In this document: piece after piece, positions 28,371 to 35,521 of the stretch
How the letters are laid out: each line of letters opens with the position of its first letter
Numbering within the stretch: the first letter of the stretch is position 1
Source: a virus
Taxonomy: Duplodnaviria > Caudoviricetes
Strand: one strand, 5' to 3'
IMG/VR virus record: IMGVR_UViG_3300037851_000524
Location: 1 to 37,360 of that record
Length of the DNA stretch: 37,360 bases
The notes under the pieces: model-generated
The model's database searches: none
What the model was told of the DNA's origin: nothing
What the model saw: the letters and a program-made list of their open reading frames with translations, nothing else
Position numbers and translations under genes: made by a program

Positions 28371-30785
28371 ATGGCTCAATATGACGAACTGATCGACATC
28401 CTGAAACATCTGCTACTCAACCGTTTCTCCCCCAAGCCGAACTATACCAGGGGGGTGTTAGGCGACGGCCTGGGCAATGTCGAAGTACCGGGACGGCCTG
28501 ATAAATCTTATGTCCGGTTCAACCGGGGTAGCAATGAATATTTTGAGATATTCAACCGGACTGTCAACCCGGTCAACGATTGGCCGGTGCTGATCGGAGA
28601 ATTGCCCTGGCAACCGGGGCTAATTCAGGTGGTAAATACCGATTGGTCCGTCTTTGAACAATCGGGCTGGGGCGACATCCTGGGCAGCACATCACCCCAC
28701 GCCCCAACTCACGAATGGCCGGATGGCTCGCCCGGCTCTGATCCGCTTGACGTGCATCTCCGCTCGATTGTGCCATTGCGGGCCTATCTGGACGGCGGTA
28801 CAGGCAGCACAACTATTTTTGTCAACTCGCTTGAATATGAGTACCAGGGCAGCGGTCACGTGTGGGGCGGCTTACCTGGGGTTGACCTGCTCCCGGCAAT
28901 CAATGCAACCGTGACCGGCACAATGCGCTATATGGGCATTTACCTCGACCCGATTGCCAATTCATTGGGGACGATAACCGGAACAACTACGGTATACAGC
29001 GACGCTCTGACTCCCCCGTTGGTATCATTTCCAGCCGGGGTTATTCCGGCGGCCAGGGTGCGAGTATATGGCAGCCAAAGCAAATTGAACGAAATTGACA
29101 TCAGAGACGGACGGCGACTATTCACCCCGTTCACCATTTCGGGCGTTGCCGGGGGAGATTTGACCGGCTCATATCCTGATCCAAGAGTCACCGGACTTTT
29201 TGGCTCTCCACTGGTTGACACAAGCCCGAACGAAGGCGAAATTTTAATGTTTAGCGGGTCGGCCTGGCGACCCACAACATTCCCGACTGTAACCGGCGGC
29301 GTCTGGCCACTGGAAGGCGATCTGACCAACACCAACGACGGGGTGAGTTTTGCCACTGTCGCCTTGCTGATAGCGGCGCTGGCCGCCGGGGAGCAGGGTA
29401 TTATTGGCAATGGTACTTTTACCAGTGACGATGTTGACATTACCGAAAATATCAGGCTGCTTGGCTCCGGTATTGACGCCACCGTTTTGCAGACCAGCAC
29501 CGATGATAAAGTGCTAGATTTCAATACCGCAGACTGCATCCTGGAAGGTTTTACACTCAAAAACACCAACAACCCGGCCAATGCCTACGCCCTTTACTCG
29601 CTATCTTCCAGCCTGACAATGACCCGGCTTAAGATGGTTTGTACTGGCGCAGCGACAAATAACATCGGGGCGTATCTGGCAATCGGCACACATAAGCTGA
29701 CCGATTGCGTTTTCGATGTCAGCGGGGCGACCAATGACATTGCGCTGTACGTGGATGACGATACGACCGTTGACCTGTTCAACGCCTCTGTTGAAGCCGG
29801 GGATGTGTCGGTCAATTACTCCGCCTCCGCCACAACGGTCACATTTCACGGCGGCGTCATCAACGGCAATCTGGCAGTTGACGGCAGCGGGGCGACGGTC
29901 AACCTGGACGGCTGTAACCTGACCGGAAATTTGACCATTACCAATTCCGCTGTGGTCAACCTGATAAACACGCCCCGAATAACCGGGACGATAACCGGGA
30001 CGCCGGACGGGTGGTATACGGACGGCAACGGGGTATTAAAATCAGCCGGGACCAATGACATCGGTTCAAGTGCGCTGGCGAATAAAACGGGGGATATTTT
30101 TCTCAGTACGACCAGTGACGCTTACGCATACAACGACACCTGGGGACTGTCAGAGCGATTGTATCATTTTGCCTCTGTCCAGCCAACAGAACATTGGTTA
30201 TCAAGCGCTGATGATGCAGTCTGGACAGGATACGCAACTTATACTGGATTCGCCACGCCAAATACGATTAATTATTCGGCTTCAGTGGTACGCATTTCGG
30301 ACAGTTCATTAATCCGAGCATTTAAATACCGGCCATATATCAATGCTCAGGCAACGATGTACTTGCGGGCAATTCCAGCCAGGCGTTGTCAAATAGGTTT
30401 AATGGTTGATGACGGAGTCAATAATGCTGACGGATTGGGCGCTAACAATTTTTACCGAATTTACATAGACGCCACTAATACGCTAGGTTCATTAATGCAA
30501 TTTCAGACGGAGCGCAGGGTTGGCGGCGGGGCGGTTACGACAACAACATTTTATGCAACCGGGTTGCCACCGAATTATTATTTAGTTGGCCTGACGTACG
30601 GTATAGGCACACGCTGGACAAATTGGAGTGTGCAGGGTGCTCAACTGTTACCGGCTCTGAACAACACCCTGGAAACAATTGCCAGCCAAACCTGGACGCC
30701 GGCCAGGATCGGGATTTATTATCGCAATTTGACCGCCGGGGCAAATGTCGAACGAGCGGCAGTAGATTGGTATTATGAGGCATAG
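28371..30785 (+). CDS. Tail fibre/tailspike with pectin-lyase-like beta-helix
   Basis: 'AGGDLTGSYPDP' fibre motif, 'IGNGTF...IRLLGSGIDATVL' beta-helix entry, N/G/T/V-rich repeats. Confidence 0.75.
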   Translation: MAQYDELIDILKHLLLNRFSPKPNYTRGVLGDGLGNVEVPGRPDKSYVRFNRGSNEYFEIFNRTVNPVNDWPVLIGELPWQPGLIQVVNTDWSVFEQSGWGDILGSTSPHAPTHEWPDGSPGSDPLDVHLRSIVPLRAYLDGGTGSTTIFVNSLEYEYQGSGHVWGGLPGVDLLPAINATVTGTMRYMGIYLDPIANSLGTITGTTTVYSDALTPPLVSFPAGVIPAARVRVYGSQSKLNEIDIRDGRRLFTPFTISGVAGGDLTGSYPDPRVTGLFGSPLVDTSPNEGEILMFSGSAWRPTTFPTVTGGVWPLEGDLTNTNDGVSFATVALLIAALAAGEQGIIGNGTFTSDDVDITENIRLLGSGIDATVLQTSTDDKVLDFNTADCILEGFTLKNTNNPANAYALYSLSSSLTMTRLKMVCTGAATNNIGAYLAIGTHKLTDCVFDVSGATNDIALYVDDDTTVDLFNASVEAGDVSVNYSASATTVTFHGGVINGNLAVDGSGATVNLDGCNLTGNLTITNSAVVNLINTPRITGTITGTPDGWYTDGNGVLKSAGTNDIGSSALANKTGDIFLSTTSDAYAYNDTWGLSERLYHFASVQPTEHWLSSADDAVWTGYATYTGFATPNTINYSASVVRISDSSLIRAFKYRPYINAQATMYLRAIPARRCQIGLMVDDGVNNADGLGANNFYRIYIDATNTLGSLMQFQTERRVGGGAVTTTTFYATGLPPNYYLVGLTYGIGTRWTNWSVQGAQLLPALNNTLETIASQTWTPARIGIYYRNLTAGANVERAAVDWYYEA

Positions 30786-31614
30786 TATATTTTTTTTGGT
30801 GATTTTACTATTTATGGCCTGTCCAATTCGGGCGCAAACGATGATTTACTTGCCGGTTATCTTCAAAGCGCCGGAGAGTGACAAGCGGGGGGTGGGGATT
30901 ACATCGCCTGTTTTTGCCGATGTTGACCGGCTCAACGCCAAATGGTACTACACCTGGCGGCCCGATCCGGCGGTTGGCGATTCGCCCTACAATACGGCCT
31001 TTGTGCCTCGCATCAGCCGCCGTGAGTTTTGGGATAGGCTGCCCGATGCGGTGGATTATGCCGCCAACGGCAGCGGATGGCTGATGACATTGACTGAACC
31101 GGATACTATCAACGAGCCGTGCGTGTCGCCAACCGAGGCGGCTCAGTTTTGGCGCACGGTTGAGGCGACGGCGATACCTGCAGGGGTGCGACTGGTATCA
31201 CCGACGCCCAGCCAGCACGACCCGGCTTGGTTGTGGCGAATGGTCAGCGAGTATCGGCGGATGTACGGCAAGAAGCCCCATTTTGACGCCATTAGCTGGA
31301 ATATCTACAAGCGCAGCCCGGCGGAGATGCAAGGCTACTTGGTTGCCAGACATAATGAGATGCTGCTGGCTGGCTACGATGTGCCGGTATGGGTGGCCGA
31401 GTTCGGCGGCGATTGTACCGGCGGCTATGCCAACAACGTGGCGCTGGCTCAGGCGATGCTACCCTGGCTTGAGGCGACGCCCTGGATTGGCCGTTATGCG
31501 TGGTTTGCCAACCGGACCACTTACCGGCTTGATGGCACGTGGGCCGGCTGTTCGCTCATTGACGAGATGACGGGCGAACTGTCGCCGGTTGGGGAGATGT
31601 ATCGGGGTAAATAA
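30775..31614 (+). CDS. Secreted glycoside hydrolase, GH128 / Glyco_hydro_cc-like
   Basis: N-terminal signal peptide. 'KRGVG', 'WYYTW', 'FVP', 'LTEPD' (NEP variant), 'VWVAEFG', 'PWIGRYAWF'. Confidence 0.85.
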   Translation: MRHSIFFLVILLFMACPIRAQTMIYLPVIFKAPESDKRGVGITSPVFADVDRLNAKWYYTWRPDPAVGDSPYNTAFVPRISRREFWDRLPDAVDYAANGSGWLMTLTEPDTINEPCVSPTEAAQFWRTVEATAIPAGVRLVSPTPSQHDPAWLWRMVSEYRRMYGKKPHFDAISWNIYKRSPAEMQGYLVARHNEMLLAGYDVPVWVAEFGGDCTGGYANNVALAQAMLPWLEATPWIGRYAWFANRTTYRLDGTWAGCSLIDEMTGELSPVGEMYRGK

Positions 31615-31676
31615 AAAAGCTTCGGTGCTTGGGACTCCAAGGTGGCGGTCGAGGCGGCGGAGAGAGTCTAGATTAA

Positions 31677-32666
31677 CTAGACAAGAGGTAGTTGAAAATT
31701 AGAGCGGTAGCAATTCGGCTTCATACCCTTGTTATTATTATGTTGCGTAAAATCGGCCCAACTTACGACCTCGTAATACCGCCGGACTACCCAACGCTGG
31801 AAGCGGCGCAAATCCTGCCGGTTGTTGTCGTAAACCATCGGATAAGGCCGGATGCCACGCTCAACCATCCGATTAAAGCGGTAGAAAATGCGCTCCCAAG
31901 TTTCGGACGGGTCAAAACCGACCAACATATAAACCATCAGGTGATACGGCGGCACTCCCGCTTTTTCCAAACAATCAACGCCATCAAAAAAAATCTTTTC
32001 ATCTTTCAGATTGTCCCAGGCTGTATACAGTCTACGCTTCCGAAACTGATCATCGTAGTACGAAATTTGAGCTAACCAATACGCGACCTCATCTGTAATC
32101 AGCCTGATATTGATACCCTGATTAAACGCCACCTTAAAACCACCGTCTTTTATTTCACTAATCCGCTTTAGCCATTGCTCTTTTGGCTGCCCAAAAAAAT
32201 CATTATCCAGTAGACAAATGTTTTTCGGAGTCCCAGGCCGGTAAATATCCCAAATCGTATTGACGGATCGAGGGCGGCCTTCCTTTTTAGGGACAACACA
32301 AAACGGACAGCTCAACCGGCAACCTCGCTGAGTAAAACCGATAGACCATTGGTACTCGGGATAGATTGAGTAATCATAATACTCATACTCTCCCCCAGTG
32401 ATTTCCTCAACGGTGTTCATTCTTCCAGTTCCAGTCCCCCCAATAACAGCAAAAGGAAAGTTTGCCAAAAACCGGCTAAGGTTGTTTCGGCTAAAGGCAA
32501 AAATGACCGAACCATAAACTATATCATAATCCGGTTCAAATAATCCTCGTTCAACGCTTCTAATAAGCGCAACTTCATCACCTTGCGCCTTGTGCCAATG
32601 GCTCAATTTCATAAGCGCAAGGTTGGGGAGTTTACCATCAATTTGAGTGAGCCTTACCTTTGCCAT
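31677..32666 (-). CDS. Radical SAM protein
   Basis: 'TQRGCRLSCPFCVVPKKEG' CxxxCxxC, 'PNLALMKLS..HK', 'LLDNDFF'. Confidence 0.9.
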   Translation of the reverse strand: MAKVRLTQIDGKLPNLALMKLSHWHKAQGDEVALIRSVERGLFEPDYDIVYGSVIFAFSRNNLSRFLANFPFAVIGGTGTGRMNTVEEITGGEYEYYDYSIYPEYQWSIGFTQRGCRLSCPFCVVPKKEGRPRSVNTIWDIYRPGTPKNICLLDNDFFGQPKEQWLKRISEIKDGGFKVAFNQGINIRLITDEVAYWLAQISYYDDQFRKRRLYTAWDNLKDEKIFFDGVDCLEKAGVPPYHLMVYMLVGFDPSETWERIFYRFNRMVERGIRPYPMVYDNNRQDLRRFQRWVVRRYYEVVSWADFTQHNNNKGMKPNCYRSNFQLPLV

Positions 32667-32815
32667 AAGACGATCAGCTATTGTCGAGAAGGATAATATA
32701 TAAATTCCTTTGCCTCCCGAGTACGCTCTAAGCGATTGTGTGCGGGATTGTCCTCGCTCATATTACTACTCCCCAGCATCAGACCTCTCGACAGTTCTTA
32801 CAGCAATTGCATTAA

Positions 32816-32862
32816 TTGGGGAATTGGACGGGTAGCAAGTCGGCTACAAAACTTTGTTAGGT
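32816..32862 (-). repeat. Truncated attC (R''/L'' half only); within the 54-bp exact repeat 32816-32869 = 33963-34016
   Basis: ACCTAAC-AAAGT-TTTGTAGC-CGACTTGC... on -. No L'/R' partner found downstream. Confidence 0.7.
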
Positions 32863-33177
32863 TGCCGTGCGCTCAACGGTGATTTTTATCTCACCGTTTT
32901 TCCAGGCCGTTAAAAACTGGCTTAGGCCATCAAAACCAAAACCTTGCGCTAGTTTGTCTAGCTCCTCGTTGCGACGGGCGACACGCTCTCCAACGGTATT
33001 GTCGTGGAGGCGATTGTACCGCCGCCGTGCCCACAAACGGACATCAATTGATTTACCTTCGGCCTGCGCTGCCTCGACCTCGATCATTGCATCGGGGTAA
33101 CACTCATCGCAAAGCATCACTGGCCCAAGTCGAGTTACCTTATCTGTTTCTTTTCCGCATCCCTGGCATTTGGTCAT
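32857..33177 (-). CDS. Cassette C gene 2: Zn-finger plus putative RHH-like DNA-binding C-terminus
   Basis: CxxC...CxxC and 'EELDKLAQGFGFDGLSQFL'. The stop TAA lies inside the attC R'' box. Confidence 0.7.
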   Translation of the reverse strand: MTKCQGCGKETDKVTRLGPVMLCDECYPDAMIEVEAAQAEGKSIDVRLWARRRYNRLHDNTVGERVARRNEELDKLAQGFGFDGLSQFLTAWKNGEIKITVERTAT

Positions 33178-33186
33178 TTTTATACC

Positions 33187-33477
33187 CTAATCAATGGGTT
33201 GCCCCATAGAGCCTGCACCGCGATCACCGTCAAAAGGAGCATAGGTAATCTCATCTCCGGTTTCGGTTTCTTCGTTGTTGTCATCAAGTATATCTGCGAT
33301 TATACTGGTGGGCGCACCTGTGAATTGCAGGCAGTTAAGCATATCTCGTCTTGACACTGGAATGAGATTGCCGTCGAAGCCGCTACCCCAATCACTGTCA
33401 ATAAAATACCGTCCATTTTTCCGGTAGGCTCTTTCTCTCCCACCGTTACGTTGGTTTTGCCATTCGCGCATTATCAT
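33187..33477 (-). CDS. Cassette C gene 1: hypothetical protein
   Basis: AAGGAG RBS, downstream of a consensus promoter. Confidence 0.7.
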   Translation of the reverse strand: MIMREWQNQRNGGRERAYRKNGRYFIDSDWGSGFDGNLIPVSRRDMLNCLQFTGAPTSIIADILDDNNEETETGDEITYAPFDGDRGAGSMGQPID

Positions 33478-33517
33478 TTTTGTCTCCTTAAGCTAAATTG
33501 GGTTGATTTTTATGTAA

Positions 33518-33570
33518 CCGTTAATTAACGGCTATGTACCCATTATACACCCGTTAATTAACGTTGTCAA
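33518..33570 (-). promoter_or_regulatory. Perfect sigma70 promoter with two palindromic operators
   Basis: TTGACA (33570-33565), 17 bp, TATAAT (33547-33542). CGTTAATTAACG in the spacer (33552-33563) and CCGTTAATTAACGG at 33518-33531. Confidence 0.85.
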
Positions 33571-33620
33571 GGGGGTAAAGGAGTTTTTTAAGGTTGGATT
33601 TTAGGAGCTACAATCAGGCA

Positions 33621-33747
33621 ACCTAACGCCCATCGAGCTAACCCGCCTGCGAGTTGGCAATCGGACGACTATCAACCCAAACTTTGTCAGCTTCAGTAAG
33701 TTCGCCAACCGCAGCGGTAGCAGGTCGGGTTGAGCGAGTTGTTAGGC
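33621..33747 (-). repeat. attC site (127 bp)
   Basis: On -: GCCTAAC AACTC GCT(C)AACC CG(A)CCTGC ... GCAGGCG GGTTAGC TCGATGGGC GTTAGGT. R''/L''/L'/R' boxes with two unpaired bases. Confidence 0.85.
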
Positions 33748-33862
33748 GGACTACAGTTGTGCCGCCACACTCAGGACAAAACATCTCTGTGCCGTCATCT
33801 ATCCAGTGACGACCGTTGTGACAAACCATTTTTTTACAAACTGCACATTGATACCAAAGCAT
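33638..33862 (-). CDS. Cassette B gene: small Zn-ribbon protein reading into its attC
   Basis: GGAGG RBS, CxxC...CPECGG. The C-terminus 'RLTTRSTRPATAAV' is translated attC sequence. Confidence 0.7.
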   Translation of the reverse strand: MLWYQCAVCKKMVCHNGRHWIDDGTEMFCPECGGTTVVRLTTRSTRPATAAVGELTEADKVWVDSRPIANSQAG

Positions 33863-33884
33863 TTTTACCTCCTGGCGGGAGTCC

Positions 33885-34009
33885 GCCTAACGCCCTAGTT
33901 TTTAGCCGCTTGCGGGTGGGCGTGTTGACCGCAAGCGGCTTGGATTTTGCAAGCAAACCGACTTGGGGAATTGGACGGGTAGCAAGTCGGCTACAAAACT
34001 TTGTTAGGT
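33885..34009 (-). repeat. attC site (125 bp)
   Basis: On -: ACCTAAC AAAGT TTT(G)TAGC CG(A)CTTGC ... GCAAGCG GCTAAAA ACTAGGGC GTTAGGC. Confidence 0.85.
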
Positions 34010-34213
34010 TGCCGTGATGTTACTATACCTTACGGCAACGATTTCTTCTAGTAAATCAGCGACGGTTTCACCAGATAACCGTCTGATTTCCTCTAATTTC
34101 CATTTTGTTTCCGGGGTGCATCGCGCGTAGGCCCGCTCTGTTCTCCCGCCTTTGTGGGGGGAAATAGAGGGGGTGGGGGGCACTAGGCCCCCCGATATTT
34201 TGTTTGTTGGCAT
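34004..34213 (-). CDS. Cassette A gene 2: putative ribbon-helix-helix protein
   Basis: 'RAYARCTPETKWKLEEIRRLSGETVADLLEEIV' beta-helix-helix pattern. The stop TAA lies inside the attC R'' box. Confidence 0.7.
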   Translation of the reverse strand: MPTNKISGGLVPPTPSISPHKGGRTERAYARCTPETKWKLEEIRRLSGETVADLLEEIVAVRYSNITAT

Positions 34214-34216
34214 TTT

Positions 34217-34438
34217 TCAAAAGTCAAGGTAATCATCTTTGACATGAGCGATAGCTTGCTTGACTGCGCTCTCACGAGTGGTATCAAAACACTCAAACAA
34301 TGCGCCGCCTGGATTAAAACGAACAGTTGCACCCTTGCGATTACTGTATTGCCGAAGAAACTCAAGTGCCTCCTCTTTGCTCTCTGCAAAGACACGATCT
34401 TCACTTTCGTCAGCTAGTACGATTTCGATTGCGTTCAT
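34217..34438 (-). CDS. Cassette A gene 1: hypothetical protein
   Basis: AAAGGA RBS before ATG 34438. Confidence 0.7.
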   Translation of the reverse strand: MNAIEIVLADESEDRVFAESKEEALEFLRQYSNRKGATVRFNPGGALFECFDTTRESAVKQAIAHVKDDYLDF

Positions 34439-34496
34439 TTTATAAAATCCTTTCATTTTTGTTATTGTCGTGTGTTTGTCACACGACTATGTACAC

Positions 34497-34525
34497 AGTA
34501 TAGCAGATTGTGCGCACAAAGTCAA
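34497..34525 (-). promoter_or_regulatory. Sigma70 promoter with palindromic operator
   Basis: TTGACT-17 bp-TATACT. The spacer contains the palindrome TTGTGCGCACAA (34508-34519). Confidence 0.8.
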
Positions 34526-34570
34526 GTAGTTTATAATGAGTTTCAAATTTTTTAAGGTTCATCTCAGGCA

Positions 34571-34590
34571 ACCTAACAATTATTATATTG
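34571..34590 (-). other. attI-like (or secondary) recombination core at array start
   Basis: CAATATAATAATT-GTTAGGT on -, not preceded by an attC hairpin. Confidence 0.5.
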
Positions 34591-35032
34591 CATTTTCCCC
34601 GCGAAATTTCGCGGGCCGTTTTCGCCTGGGTCGAGCCGGGCAATCCGGGCAGCAATAGATTTGAAAATTGTGATGAGGGACGAACAGAACGCCGCAGGAG
34701 CAGCGGGTCGAGATGCCGGTGATGATGCTGCCCGGCTTGACGTTACCGTTGATTGAGTAGGCGCTGATCTCGACTAGCAACGCCTGCAACGGGTGCGCCT
34801 CATCTAGCCGGGCGGCGTAGACCTGGATGGCCTGGGCCAGTTCAGCTGTGACTGAAAAACCCTTGTGGCCGAGGATGATGGAGTTGAGATACCGGCCCGA
34901 CCAGGCCGGCTGTTTGTGGGCGATTTTGCTGAGGGCGACGGCTAATTCATCGAGGCTGGCCAGGCGACCGGGGGTGGTGAGATCACCGTAAACGGCTTGA
35001 TAAATTGATTTGAGTTGATCGACATTATCCAT
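34583..35032 (-). CDS. Hypothetical protein (putative HTH-like N-terminus, C-terminal Zn finger)
   Basis: AAGGA RBS, 'CSCG..F.P....QIYCCPDC'. Confidence 0.7.
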   Translation of the reverse strand: MDNVDQLKSIYQAVYGDLTTPGRLASLDELAVALSKIAHKQPAWSGRYLNSIILGHKGFSVTAELAQAIQVYAARLDEAHPLQALLVEISAYSINGNVKPGSIITGISTRCSCGVLFVPHHNFQIYCCPDCPARPRRKRPAKFRGENAI

Positions 35033-35161
35033 TTTTTCCTTCGTGCAGAAGCCGTACAGATTACATTTTGTTTAAGTAGCCGTCCCAATTATCACATTGC
35101 CGGTTTTTGGCTAAATTTGTGGGTGCAGAACAGGTGCAGAAGCCCTGATAATGCCGGATTG

Positions 35162-35386
35162 CTAATATGATATCGCCTCTGACCATTCAGTCGATAATTC
35201 ATCGACCCAAATCTTACTTTTTGGATCCGCGGCCGGCAAAACTGAACCGTCGGAAAATTCCAGCCGTATTCTGCCGCCACTTGTCGGCTCGGCCACAATG
35301 ACCCGCTTGCCATTGATGAAATCGCCGGCGTCAACGTCTCTCAATAATTTTTGCGGCATATCCATCTCCATAATCTGACCCACCAC
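35162..35386 (-). CDS. Small hypothetical beta protein (start uncertain)
   Basis: 'LLRDVDAGDFINGKRV...IRLEFSDG'. Confidence 0.5.
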   Translation of the reverse strand: MVGQIMEMDMPQKLLRDVDAGDFINGKRVIVAEPTSGGRIRLEFSDGSVLPAADPKSKIWVDELSTEWSEAISY

Positions 35387-35452
35387 CCGGCCCGGCGGCT
35401 GATGTAGCGGCGGGTATTGGCGGTGGTAATTAGAATTTGATCGTCCTTCATA

Positions 35453-35495
35453 ACCTGTTTAACCTGTGATACCTGTTTGTACCGGTGTTACCTGT
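35453..35495. repeat. Five phased ACCTGT/ACCGGT hexamer repeats
   Basis: Copies at 35453, 35462, 35471, 35481 and 35490 in intergenic DNA. Confidence 0.6.
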
Positions 35496-35521
35496 ACTAG
35501 ATACGCTGAATCGATCACAAC

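Larger units (their letters stand above)
32816..34577 (-). mobile_element. Integron-type gene cassette array (3 cassettes, no integrase in window)
   Basis: Two complete attC sites, one truncated attC, and a GTTAGGT core at the array start. All ORFs co-oriented on -. Confidence 0.8.

Noticed and set aside
28371-30785. Diversity-generating retroelement target in the tail fibre
   Set aside because: No reverse transcriptase and no TR/VR repeat pair seen in the window.
31677-32666. Radical SAM as QueE of a 7-deazaguanine pathway or as viperin
   Set aside because: No queC/queD/folE/dpdA in the window, and I could not recognise the motifs of either family.
32816-34016. 54-bp direct repeat as prophage attL/attR or a CRISPR repeat
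   Set aside because: There are only two copies 1147 bp apart with genes between, and phage genes continue on both sides. The attC structure explains it better.
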